From Candidatus Poriferihabitaceae bacterium (GTDB lineage: Bacteria > Pseudomonadota > Gammaproteobacteria > Arenicellales > Poriferihabitantaceae): 64,000 bases of DNA. The notes under the pieces are model-generated. The model was given only the letters and a program-made list of their open reading frames with translations, did no database searches and had not been told where the DNA came from. The translations under genes were made by a program, and so were the position numbers. Shown in pieces: positions 11,233 to 20,563 of this stretch (the first letter of the stretch is position 1; each line of letters opens with the position of its first letter). The stretch covers positions 2,713,484 to 2,777,483 of the forward strand of contig OZ251537.1 in NCBI GenBank assembly GCA_965243285.1. Reading direction: 5' to 3'.

Positions 11233-12411
11233 CTAGCTGGGAGGGTTGGCGGGGTGGGCGGCCGGCTCGGCGACCGGGTGGGGGCGCAGCGCGGCGAGGA
11301 AGGTGTTGGGGTCGAGAATGGCGGCTTCGCTGGCATCCGCCAATACGGCGGCCGCGGCGACTCCCCTCAGCGCGGCAAATTCCGCGCCCGGCGGCTTGAC
11401 GACGATGGCGAAAATGCCGAGAAATTCATCCACCGCCACGGCCACGAGGCGCGGCGCGGCGCGCATCAGCACCAGCGATAAAACATGCGCGACGGCGCCG
11501 TCGGCGGGCTCGGGAAAGCCCGGGTAAACCGGAAACACCAAAGAATCGGGGAATATCGGCGCCCTGCGGCCGGCTTGCGGGCTGGGGAATATGGGCATGG
11601 CCGGGGCTCTGGGGGAGGCCGGCGTCTCGCCGATTTCGGCCGCCAAATAGATGACCGGCACGCGTATTTCAGCCTCGACCTCGGTCTCGGCCTCGACCTC
11701 AGCCTCGACCTCAGCGGCGACCTGGCTAGCGGCGCCGCGAAAATAATGCCGCCCCTCGAATTCAACGATTTCATCCGCATAAGCGCGCACCGCGCTCTCG
11801 ACCAGGCGCGCCGGCAGCGCGAACCGATGCCGCCCAACCCGCACCAACAACGCGCACGCCGCATCGACCGCAGTCTCGACTGCGGTATGCGCAGCCGGCA
11901 GTGTTTTGGCGGCCGAGACGGCCACCACGGCCGGTTTTGATTCGCCATGCCAGGCGGCCGGCGACGCGGCTTTTGATTCCACCGCCGACGCCGATTCTGA
12001 TTCCGCAATCGATTCAGCCAACCCAGCGCCGCCATCGGCGGCCTCCGCAGCGCTCGGCAACAGCGATTCCAGCATGCCGTTTAGCGCTTTAATGTGCGCC
12101 TTGGTGGCCACCAAAACGCACCCCACATCGGCGCTCAAGGCATCGTGAATTTCCTCGAGAAAATGCAACAGACTGACATCGCCGGCGGCCGCGGCGGATT
12201 CGGCGCTGGCCAGATTGGCGGCCAAAATGCGCTCCACCCGGGCGCAGAATATCGCCACATCGTCATGCTCGGCGGCCTCGGCGTCATCGCACAAGGCGCG
12301 GAATTCGCCGCGCAACGCGGTCAGCAATTCCCCGCTCACCCCGTGCTCTCGCCAAAGCGTCAACTGGGCATGAATGCGGCCTAGAATTTCCGCGCTGGCC
12401 GATGGAAACAT
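11233..12411 (-). CDS. CheW-like domain protein with an N-terminal helical (Hpt-like) region
   Basis: The C-terminal part resembles a CheW fold (LLVRVGRHRFALP...LVAVAVDEFLGI...VVKP...AILDP). The N-terminal helical bundle is only tentatively Hpt-like. An in-frame EVEAEVEAETEVEAE repeat is present. Confidence 0.55.
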   Translation of the reverse strand: MFPSASAEILGRIHAQLTLWREHGVSGELLTALRGEFRALCDDAEAAEHDDVAIFCARVERILAANLASAESAAAAGDVSLLHFLEEIHDALSADVGCVLVATKAHIKALNGMLESLLPSAAEAADGGAGLAESIAESESASAVESKAASPAAWHGESKPAVVAVSAAKTLPAAHTAVETAVDAACALLVRVGRHRFALPARLVESAVRAYADEIVEFEGRHYFRGAASQVAAEVEAEVEAETEVEAEIRVPVIYLAAEIGETPASPRAPAMPIFPSPQAGRRAPIFPDSLVFPVYPGFPEPADGAVAHVLSLVLMRAAPRLVAVAVDEFLGIFAIVVKPPGAEFAALRGVAAAAVLADASEAAILDPNTFLAALRPHPVAEPAAHPANPPS

Positions 12412-12691
12412 GGCTACGATGGAATCAGCTGGGGGCTTAAGTTAATGGCGGCGGAAAACGGTGCCATACCTTGGCCTGCCCCTCGGCCAAAAACCGCGCG
12501 CCGCGCCACTGACCGCCCTCCCATCGGCGGCGATTCGGCCGCCGCGCCCCGGGGCCGGCGGCGCGGTTAAGCCGCCGGCAGCAGCCAAATAAACCTCATC
12601 CAAACCTGACCTCACCTCGGTCCACAGCCCTTTCACCGTTGAAAATTTCACCGATAAAACCATGCGTGGTTGCGCGCGCCGCCGGCGTTCG

Positions 12692-13540
12692 CTACTGGCG
12701 GCTGGAGAATTGCGGCGCAAAACCGCGCTCCACGGCGCCCGCCGGCGATGCCAGGGCGGTGGAATGCGCCAGTTTGCGCGTCGCGGCGTCAATTTTTTCC
12801 AGCGTCGCGGTGGCCGCGGGCATGGTTTGTCCGCCGACCAGGGCGGCGCGGGCGACCGCGGCGCGGCGCTCCAAAATGCGCACCCGGGCGGTGATTTCGG
12901 CCGCGCTTTGGGTGGCGCGTTCGGCCAGGCGGCGCGCTTGGGCCGCGGCCGCGGCACCGTCGCCGCCCTCGGCGACCACGGCCGCATGGATGGATGCATT
13001 CAGCGACCACAGGCTGGATTGCTCGGCCGCCGCTTCAAGCAATTCGATGATTTCATCGATGCCGCGGGTGCCTTCGCGCAGTTGCTCGGTGGCGACTTCC
13101 TGGCGGCGGCTGCCGCCGACCTCGCCGTCGGCGTTCAATTCGCCTAAGGCGGCGCGTAATTCGCTCAGCGCCAGGCCGGCCTGCTGCGCGCATCGGCGCT
13201 CGTAAGCACGCCGCCGCCGCGCCGCCCGCAGCAGCGTCCCTATCAAGGCCGCCGAAGCCAACACCGCCACGGCGCCGAAAGTCCACGGCAGCTGGGCGAT
13301 TTCCACGGCGCTGGCGGCGCGCCAAAAATCCCACGCCGCGGCCGCCGCGCGCGCCCCATCCACCACCAACCCGGCCAAACCTTGCAACGTCAACACCGGC
13401 TGATAACGCAGATAAAGCCAGCCGCCGAGCGCCGCCGTCAACAGCAGCGCCCAGCACCACCCGGCCCAGCCCAAACCGCCCGGCGGGGAGTCCACATCCT
13501 CATTCATGCGCGCAGCTTGCGCGGCGCCAGCGGCGACCAT
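12692..13540 (-). CDS. Small membrane-anchored MCP-like protein (degenerate methyl-accepting signalling hairpin)
   Basis: N-terminal hydrophobic helices. EQSSLWSLNASIHAAVVAEGG...AQARRLAERATQSAAEI resembles the conserved MCP core (QTNLLALNAAIEAARAGE...EVRxLAxRS). Confidence 0.5.
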   Translation of the reverse strand: MVAAGAAQAARMNEDVDSPPGGLGWAGWCWALLLTAALGGWLYLRYQPVLTLQGLAGLVVDGARAAAAAWDFWRAASAVEIAQLPWTFGAVAVLASAALIGTLLRAARRRRAYERRCAQQAGLALSELRAALGELNADGEVGGSRRQEVATEQLREGTRGIDEIIELLEAAAEQSSLWSLNASIHAAVVAEGGDGAAAAAQARRLAERATQSAAEITARVRILERRAAVARAALVGGQTMPAATATLEKIDAATRKLAHSTALASPAGAVERGFAPQFSSRQ

Positions 13541-13671
13541 CGGCTTAATTTAGACGGGTGGGGTTGTCAAGCGGGGGATGGCGGGGCGGCGGCCGGGCGA
13601 CTGGCGGCGGATTTATGAGCCGGCTTGAAGCAACGCGAATTCAATCTCATCCGCGCATCATGGCTGCGCCG

Positions 13672-13772
13672 CATGGCCTATTAATTAACCCGCCGGATTG
13701 TATGAATATGTTGCATAAACATATCGCATGGCATATTAATTAACCGCGATATTACATGGCATATTAATTAAC
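13672..13772. promoter_or_regulatory. Three copies of the 18-bp motif CATGGC(C/A)TATTAATTAAC in a divergent intergenic region
   Basis: Copies at 13672-13689, 13727-13744 and 13755-13772, each containing the palindrome TTAATTAA. They lie between the MCP-like gene and yqgE. Confidence 0.5.
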
Positions 13773-14055
13773 GCCGCTAGTGCATAAGCATGGCATGGAT
13801 TTAAAACTTGCCTGGCATCGGCGCCGCCAGGGCGCATTTGGATTCAAGTTTGGATGCTAATTTTGCGCCATTGTACCGCCAAAAATGGGCCTCTACTCGA
13901 TAGCGCCGGCGATGGCGAATCATCCCGACCATCGCGCCGCCGACCATCTCGACGGCGACCTCACGGCGACCTCACGGCCGGCGGTCGGCGGCCCCCGGCG
14001 GATGCAAAAAATTGCTTATAATCGCCCGCAGACCACCTTCCCAGTTGCCACGCCC

Positions 14056-14670
14056 ATGCCCCGCGCGCGCCAAAAATCCACGCCGCCAGATACCGACAAC
14101 AGCGCTGAGGTTTCCTTGAAAAATAACTTGCTGGTTTCCATGCCGCAGCTGACCAGCCCGAATTTTCATCAAACCGTTTCGCTGATTTGCCAGCACGACG
14201 CCAACGGCGCCATCGGCATCATCGTCAATCGCCTCACCGACCATCGCATGGGCGATATTTTCACCCAGCTATCCTTGCCGGTTTCCAATCTCGAGCGCAC
14301 CGAGCAACCGGTTTTCGAAGGCGGCCCGGTGCACCCCGAATTGGGGCTGGTGATTCACGCCGAAGAAGGCGGTGAAAACGACTGGGATTCCTCGTTGGAG
14401 ATCGGCGGCGGGCTATGGCTGACCAGTTCGCGAGATATTTTGGGCGCCATCGCCGGCGGCCGCGGGCCGCGGCGCGCGATCATGAGTTTGGGCTACATCG
14501 GCTGGGGGCCGGGACAACTGGAGGCGGAGATTCAGGAGAATTCATGGTTCCACGCGCCGCCCGACCACGGCCTCATTTTCAACACCCAAATCGACCAAAA
14601 ATGGCGCCAAGCGGCCGAATTGCTGGGCATCGATTATGCGCGGCTGTCTACCGAAGTGGGCCATGCGTAA
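14056..14670 (+). CDS. yqgE: YqgE/AlgH-family protein (UPF0301)
   Basis: LLVSMPQLTSPNFHQTVSLICQHDANGAIGIIVNR is the family signature. The start was chosen at the internal Met; the ORF opens at 13885. Confidence 0.85.
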   Translation: MPRARQKSTPPDTDNSAEVSLKNNLLVSMPQLTSPNFHQTVSLICQHDANGAIGIIVNRLTDHRMGDIFTQLSLPVSNLERTEQPVFEGGPVHPELGLVIHAEEGGENDWDSSLEIGGGLWLTSSRDILGAIAGGRGPRRAIMSLGYIGWGPGQLEAEIQENSWFHAPPDHGLIFNTQIDQKWRQAAELLGIDYARLSTEVGHA

Positions 14671-14721
14671 CCCCGGCGGACGCGCTTGAGCACGAGTTTG
14701 GCGCCGCGCCGGACGGCGACG

Positions 14722-15207
14722 ATGCGCGTCATCGGCCTGGATTTCGGCCTGAAGCGCATCGGCATCGCCACCGGCAACTTGCGCACCGGCAGCAGCCAAG
14801 CGCTGGCGGTGGTGTCGGCCAACCACGGCATGCCCCAGTGGCCGCCAATCGACCACTTAATCGCGCAATGGCTGCCATGCGCGCTGGTGGTCGGCCTGCC
14901 TCTGCACATGGACGGCAGCGAGGGCGCGATGGCGGCCAAAGCGCGCGCCTTCGGGGCCTCCGTCGGGCGGCGTTTCGGCCTTAGGGTCGCGTTCGTGGAC
15001 GAGCGCTTAAGCACCGTCGCGGCCGAGGAATGGCTGGCGCGCGGCGCCGTGCGCGGCCAATCCCAAGCGCGCCGCCGCCAACAACACCGCGACAGCCTGG
15101 CCGCGGAAATAATCGTGCGCACCTATCTGGCCGAACGGCGTAACGGCCGCCACGGCGCCACCGCCGCCACGGATGAGGATGAGGATAATGCAAGCGCCCG
15201 GGCCTAA
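14722..15207 (+). CDS. ruvX: Holliday-junction resolvase-like protein RuvX (YqgF)
   Basis: MRVIGLDFGLKRIGIA N-terminus. Its position after yqgE also fits. Confidence 0.85.
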   Translation: MRVIGLDFGLKRIGIATGNLRTGSSQALAVVSANHGMPQWPPIDHLIAQWLPCALVVGLPLHMDGSEGAMAAKARAFGASVGRRFGLRVAFVDERLSTVAAEEWLARGAVRGQSQARRRQQHRDSLAAEIIVRTYLAERRNGRHGATAATDEDEDNASARA

Positions 15208-15740
15208 CAACGCCGCGCAGGTGGATTCGCTCATCGCGCGCATGGCGGAGGGAATCATCGCCCAGCAACTCGCCACGCCGCTGCTCATCGGCATCCACAC
15301 CGGCGGCGCTTGGCTCGCCGAACGCTTGCAGGCGCGCATCTATCCCACCGAGCCGCCGCCGCTCGGCACCTTGGATATTTCCTTTTATCGCGATGATTTC
15401 AGTCGCGTCGGCTTGCACCCCGAGGTGCGAGCGTCGAATCTGCCACCCGTGGACGGGCGGGATTTGGTGTTGGTGGATGATGTGCTGCACACCGGGCGCA
15501 CCATTCGCGCAACCCTCAATGAAATTTTCTCCTATGGTCGGCCGCGGCGCGTTTGCCTGGCGGTGTTGGTGCAGCGCCCGGGACGGGAGTTGCCCATACA
15601 GGCCGATGTGGTCGGGCTGGCATGGGCGCGCCCATCAAGAAGCCAAACTCAGCCAAGTGGATGGCGGCTTGGCGCTGAACATCGTGGACCTCAGCGGCGC
15701 CAAATCCGCGCCTAAATCCGCGCCCGAAACTGCGTCATGA
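15173..15740 (+). CDS. pyrR: PyrR (pyr operon regulator / uracil phosphoribosyltransferase), with an apparent frameshift near 15611-15635
   Basis: PRPP motif LVLVDDVLHTGRT. After ADVVG the family-like C-terminus (HQEAKLSQVDGGLALNIVDL) continues in another frame. That frame ends in a TGA directly abutting the pyrB ATG at 15741. Confidence 0.8.
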
Positions 15741-16883
15741 ATGCGCTATGACTGCCACATGAGCGACCAGAGCAACTCCATGCGCGACCCCAGCGCCGCG
15801 GCGCTCGCGCGCCAGCCATGCGCCGACGGCAATGCATCGAGTAGCGCGCCCGAGCATGGGCCTGAGCATGGACATGAGCATGAACATGAACATGAACATA
15901 AGCATGGCATCCAATTCGACCAAGCCGGTCGCCTGAAGCACTTTTTGACCATAGACGGCTTGTCGCGCGCCGTTTTGCTCGGTATTTTGGATACCGCCGA
16001 ATCCTTCGCCAGTTTCGGTCAGCGCGAGATCAAAAAAGCGCCGTTGTTGCGCGGCAAAACCATGATAAATCTGTTTTTCGAGCCGAGCACGCGCACCCGC
16101 ACCACCTTCGAAATCGCCGCCAAGCGCTTGTCGGCCGATGTCATCAATCTCAACGCCTCGCGCATGTCCACCATCAAGGGCGAATCCATCATCGACACCG
16201 TGCGCACCTTGGAGGCCATGCACACCGATTTATTTGTAGTGCGCGACCGCGCCAGCGGCACCGCGCACCTCATCGCGCAGCATCTGCCCGAGCATGTGCG
16301 CGTCATCAACGCCGGCGACGGCCGCCACGCGCATCCGACCCAAGCCATGCTCGATATGTTCACCATCCGCCGCGCCAAAGGCGGCTTCGCCGGCCTCAAA
16401 GTCGCCATCATCGGCGACCTGCTGCACTCCCGCGTGGCGCGTTCGCAGATTCAAGCCCTGGCCACCTTAGGCGCCGCGGAAGTTCGCGTGGTCGGGCCGC
16501 GCACCCTCATCCCCACCGAAATCGAAGCCATGAGCGCCGCGCACATGCGGGTGATAGCCACCTCGAATATGTTAGACGGCTTGGCCGATATCGATGTGGT
16601 CATCATGCTGCGCCTGCAACGCGAGCGCATGAACGGCCAACTGGTGCCCAGCGCGCAAGAATATTTCCATCGTTATGGCCTGACCGAACAAAAACTGCGC
16701 CACGCCGCCGCCGATGCGGTGGTGATGCATCCCGGCCCGATCAATCGCGGCCTGGAAATCTCCTCAGCGGTAGCCGACGGCTCGCGCTCGGTCATCTTAG
16801 AGCAAGTGACCAACGGCATCGCCGTGCGTATGTCCATACTGGCGATCATCATGGGCGGCGCTGGCGGCGAAATTGCGGCATGA
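15741..16883 (+). CDS. pyrB: Aspartate carbamoyltransferase catalytic subunit with a His/Glu-rich N-terminal insert
   Basis: [23 protein letters not shown] and [10 protein letters not shown] motifs, plus an N-terminal [18 protein letters not shown] tract. Confidence 0.9.
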   Translation: MRYDCHMSDQSNSMRDPSAAALARQPCADGNASSSAPEHGPEHGHEHEHEHEHKHGIQFDQAGRLKHFLTIDGLSRAVLLGILDTAESFASFGQREIKKAPLLRGKTMINLFFEPSTRTRTTFEIAAKRLSADVINLNASRMSTIKGESIIDTVRTLEAMHTDLFVVRDRASGTAHLIAQHLPEHVRVINAGDGRHAHPTQAMLDMFTIRRAKGGFAGLKVAIIGDLLHSRVARSQIQALATLGAAEVRVVGPRTLIPTEIEAMSAAHMRVIATSNMLDGLADIDVVIMLRLQRERMNGQLVPSAQEYFHRYGLTEQKLRHAAADAVVMHPGPINRGLEISSAVADGSRSVILEQVTNGIAVRMSILAIIMGGAGGEIAA

Positions 16884-17073
16884 GTGGATTTATCAATCGC
16901 ATGATCAATCGCGGCGGCGGGATGGATTCGGTCACCGGCGATAAGCCCATCATCCGCTGGCGGTACTTGCCAGCGCAACCATTCATCGATTGCAAATTTA
17001 ATGAACGAAAACCAAAGCAACAGCAAAAATCCAAAAAACAAAACCAACTCCTCTCAAATAACAACCTAATAAT

Positions 17074-17096
17074 GGGGATTTAGGTATATAACTCCC
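17074..17096. repeat. Solo copy of the MITE/IS terminal palindrome (GGGGATTTAGGTATATAACTCCC)
   Basis: Matches the terminal repeat of the elements at 9657, 22823 and 52106. It lies at the left edge of the AT-rich methylase island. Confidence 0.6.
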
Positions 17097-17195
17097 TTAT
17101 ATTTTTTTGGGAATTATATACTTATTGCCATAGAAATCGGTTGAAATGGGATATAATTTCTAAAATCTACTGGCAATTACGGGGAATGTAAGGGA

Positions 17196-18392
17196 ATGGG
17201 TGAGTGCAACATAAAGCCGAGTACGATATTCGCTGGCGATAATCTCGATATTTTAAGGGGATTTAATAGCGATTGTATAGATTTGATTTATCTTGACCCG
17301 CCGTTTAATTCTAATGAGAATTATGCCGCGCCGATAGGTGGTGAGGCGGCCGGGGCGGCATTCAAGGATACATGGACACTTGATGATGTCGATGAGGCGT
17401 GGGTGGAGATAATAGAGAAAGAGTATCCTGATGTAGCAAGCATTATTGAGACCGCTGGCCGGTGTCATAGCAAAGGTATGCAATCGTACTTGACTATGAT
17501 GGCTATACGGCTAATGGAGTTGTATCGTGTATTGAAAACCACTGGTAGTATTTATTTACACTGTGACCATCATGCAGTTCATTATCTCAAAGCAATGATG
17601 GATAGTATTTTTGGGCGAAGCCGATTCAAAAACGAAATAACATGGCGGCGCACGGAAGCATCAAAAATGCCAGGTATTAGGTATGGGAATGTCACCGACT
17701 CCATTCTTTTTTATTACAAATCCAGCACTGCGGTATGGAATCAACCAAAGATAAAAAAAGATGTTAATGTTATCCCAAAATCATACAGGCAAGACGCGGA
17801 TGGCAGGTGGTTTCGCCCCATTGATGTTGTGGCATTGCCCGCGCACGGCGGCAATAGCCCCATGTATACCTACAAGGGGTTCAAACCAAATACAAGATGG
17901 CTTATGACGAAGGAAAATCTCAAAGCCCTTGATGATAAAGGGTTGCTTATGTTTAGTAAATCAGGGCGACCCTACCGAATTCAATATCTTGATAACCACC
18001 CAGGCACGCCGATAACGAATCTGTGGGATGATATAAAAGGGGCTGGTCATATGCCGGCCAAAGAACGCACTACATTTAAGACCCAAAAGCCACTCGCCCT
18101 GCTGGATCGAATTATTGAAGCGAGTAGCAATGAGGGTGATATGGTATTAGACCCGTTTTGCGGCTGTGCTACGGCGTGCGTGTCGGCCGAACAACATGGT
18201 AGAAAATGGATTGGAATTGACCTCTCGCCGCTCGCCCAAAAATTGGTGGTAAAGCGACTAAAGCGTGAGATTGGTTCCATATTTACTCAGCCGATTCCTC
18301 GGTCGGATATTCCATTCCGAACCGACATGGGGATGATTGAAAACTATAAATCTGTCGAAAATATAAACCACCTATACGGGAATCAAGAATGA
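17196..18392 (+). CDS. Site-specific DNA methyltransferase, beta-class N4/N6 (orphan, apparently intact)
   Basis: DPPFNSN (motif IV) precedes the C-terminal FCGCATACVSA...IGIDL (motif I), which is the beta-class order. The gene is AT-rich relative to its flanks, and no cognate endonuclease ORF is nearby. Confidence 0.85.
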   Translation: MGECNIKPSTIFAGDNLDILRGFNSDCIDLIYLDPPFNSNENYAAPIGGEAAGAAFKDTWTLDDVDEAWVEIIEKEYPDVASIIETAGRCHSKGMQSYLTMMAIRLMELYRVLKTTGSIYLHCDHHAVHYLKAMMDSIFGRSRFKNEITWRRTEASKMPGIRYGNVTDSILFYYKSSTAVWNQPKIKKDVNVIPKSYRQDADGRWFRPIDVVALPAHGGNSPMYTYKGFKPNTRWLMTKENLKALDDKGLLMFSKSGRPYRIQYLDNHPGTPITNLWDDIKGAGHMPAKERTTFKTQKPLALLDRIIEASSNEGDMVLDPFCGCATACVSAEQHGRKWIGIDLSPLAQKLVVKRLKREIGSIFTQPIPRSDIPFRTDMGMIENYKSVENINHLYGNQE

Positions 18393-18398
18393 GGAAAA

Positions 18399-18933
18399 AA
18401 ACAATGCAGCCGTGCATTGTATAGTTGTTGGATTTAGTTTGCAGCAAGCAAAAACGAAACGGTTGTTTGGCGTGGACGATGTTGGTAATCAAACAGAAAT
18501 TAATGCAAAAAATATCAATCCCTATTTGGTGGACGCTAATGACTTTTTCATTAATAAAAGAACTAATTCTAGGTGTGATGTTACGCCAATGGTACGCGGA
18601 AGTTCCCCGATATGCGGATGGAGTCTTTTGCTGAACGAAGACGAAAAAAATGAGTTACTTAGTGCCTACAACAATGCTGGTAAATACTTAATGAAGTTTG
18701 TTGGCGCAACCGAGTTTATATATAACATACCGAGATATTGTCTGTGGTTAGAAAATTACCCACCTGCTGAATTACGAAAAATGCCGTTAGTGATGGATAG
18801 AGTTCAAGGGGTAAAAAAGATGCGAGAAGAAAGTCGTAAAATTCCAAACGTCGCGCCCATTTTACCGGCCAAAAAGAAACCGGGCCGCAACAGCGGCGGT
18901 GGAGTTAAAAGTCAAGTTAAAACGCTGCAGTAA
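18399..18933 (+). pseudogene. Fragment of an MmeI-like (type IIL/IIG) methyltransferase-endonuclease C-terminal region
   Basis: AAVHCIVVGF...INPYL...RYCLWL...MP.V..RV..V resembles the MmeI-family target-recognition/C-terminal region as I recall it. Only about 175 aa remain, starting a few nt after the upstream stop. Confidence 0.5.
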
Positions 18934-18995
18934 AATAAATTGATGACGCGATTAATTATCGAACCCATAGTCGAACCCATGGCCGAGGTGGCGAC

Positions 18996-20270
18996 ATGAG
19001 TTTGCTCATCCACGGCGGGTGCTTGGTGGACCCGGCCAACCACATCGATGGGGCGCGCGATGTGTACATCGAGCATGGAAAAATCGTCGCCATCGACGCG
19101 CCGTCTAAAAATCGTGCCGCAGCGCAAAAGATCGATGCCGCCGGATTGTTGGTGTTGCCCGGCATCATCGATTTATGCGCCCGCCTGCGCGAGCCCGGCG
19201 ACACCCACATCGCCACCATCGCCAGCGAAACCGAGGCCGCGGTCAGCGGCGGCATCACCCGCTTGGTGTGCCCGCCAGATACCTCGCCGGTGGTCGATAC
19301 GCCGGCCATGGTGGGCATGATTCAAGACCGCGCCCGCGCCTGCGGCTTCGCCCGGGTGCATCCGTTGGGGGCGCTGACCGCGGCTTTGGGCAGCGAACGA
19401 TTGGCCGATATGGCGTTGCTGATGGAAGCCGGCTGCGTCGGCGTGAGCAACGCCTGGCATGCGGTGGAGAACACTTTGGTGATGCGGCGCGCCATGCAAT
19501 ACGCCGCCACCTACGACCTGCCGGTGTTCGCCACCCCCAGCGACCCGTGGCTACAAGGCAACGGCGTCGCCCATGAAGGCGAAATCAGCACCCGGCTGGG
19601 GCTGCCGGCCATCCCCGAGGCGGCGGAGACGGTGGGCGTGGCGCGCGATCTGGCGCTCATGGAAACCAGCGGCGCGCGCGCCCACTTCGCATTGCTGTCT
19701 TGCGGGCGCGCCGTGGATATGGTGGCCGAAGCGGCGGCGCGTGGCTTGCCGGTCACCGCCGGGGTCGCCATCGCCCACTTGCATTTGAACGAAAAACACA
19801 TCGGCGCGTTCGATTCTCGGTGCAAGGTGTTGCCGCCGCTGCGCACCGAGCGCGATCAACTGGCGTTGATTCGCGGTCTCGCCGACGGCGTCATCGGCGC
19901 GATTTGCTCAGATCACCAGCCGCACGACGCCGACGCCAAACTGGCGCCGTTCGCCGAAGCCGCCGCCGGCATCGCCGGGGTCGACACCCTGCTGACTTTG
20001 AGCATGCAATTGGTCGCGCAACAGGCGCTGCCGCGCGCCGTGGTGGTGGCCGCTTTGACCGCAAACCCAGCCGCCATCATCGGCTTAGACGCCGGCCATC
20101 TCGGCCTCGGCGGCGCCGCCGACTTATGCTTGTTCGACCCCAATTTGGAGTGGCCTCTCGACCTCGACTCCATGCGCAGCCGCGGCAAGAATTCACCATG
20201 GTTCGGCCGCACCTTGCGCGGCAAAGTGGTGGCCACCTTCATCGACGGCGAAGCCGTGTATCGACTTTAA
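18996..20270 (+). CDS. pyrX: Dihydroorotase-like protein (non-catalytic PyrC'-type)
   Basis: Amidohydrolase fold with CSDHQPH. The usual N-terminal metal-binding D-x-H-x-H is replaced by IDLCARL, as expected for the inactive ATCase-associated PyrC'. Confidence 0.8.
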   Translation: MSLLIHGGCLVDPANHIDGARDVYIEHGKIVAIDAPSKNRAAAQKIDAAGLLVLPGIIDLCARLREPGDTHIATIASETEAAVSGGITRLVCPPDTSPVVDTPAMVGMIQDRARACGFARVHPLGALTAALGSERLADMALLMEAGCVGVSNAWHAVENTLVMRRAMQYAATYDLPVFATPSDPWLQGNGVAHEGEISTRLGLPAIPEAAETVGVARDLALMETSGARAHFALLSCGRAVDMVAEAAARGLPVTAGVAIAHLHLNEKHIGAFDSRCKVLPPLRTERDQLALIRGLADGVIGAICSDHQPHDADAKLAPFAEAAAGIAGVDTLLTLSMQLVAQQALPRAVVVAALTANPAAIIGLDAGHLGLGGAADLCLFDPNLEWPLDLDSMRSRGKNSPWFGRTLRGKVVATFIDGEAVYRL

Positions 20271-20506
20271 TGTCGCGGCGGTGAAACTACGATGCAAGCC
20301 GACCGATAGATTAAGCGCCCTAAAATTATCTCCGCTCACCGGCCGCCAAGTTATGGCGATTTTAATGTTGATGGCACGACCGCGCCGGCGATGCATTGGG
20401 CGATGCCTTTAGTATCGTTAGCGAAATTTTTTCGCCTGTATTTTTGCTACGGCTTACCATCATTTAATACCTTGTCCATCTTGTGGTAATTTTTTTTGCT
20501 ACATTG

Positions 20507-20548
20507 AAATTCACATAACCAAATTCACATAACCAAATTCACATAACC
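20507..20548 (+). repeat. 14-bp tandem repeat (aaattcacataacc x3) just upstream of the protease gene RBS
   Basis: Three perfect units read directly, followed by agaggg and the ATG at 20564. Confidence 0.85.
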
Positions 20549-20563
20549 TAAGAGGGTATTTTT

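Noticed and set aside
12442-12999. 185-aa ORF spanning the gap between the MCP-like and CheW-like genes
   Set aside because: Most of it overlaps the MCP-like gene out of frame, and its composition is Pro/Arg/Ala-rich. The 280-bp gap may hold something small, but nothing there is supportable.
16880-17083. 67-aa ORF after pyrB
   Set aside because: It runs from GC-rich operon DNA into the AT-rich island edge and the solo IS end. It has a Lys/Gln/Asn low-complexity tail and no RBS or homology that I can see.
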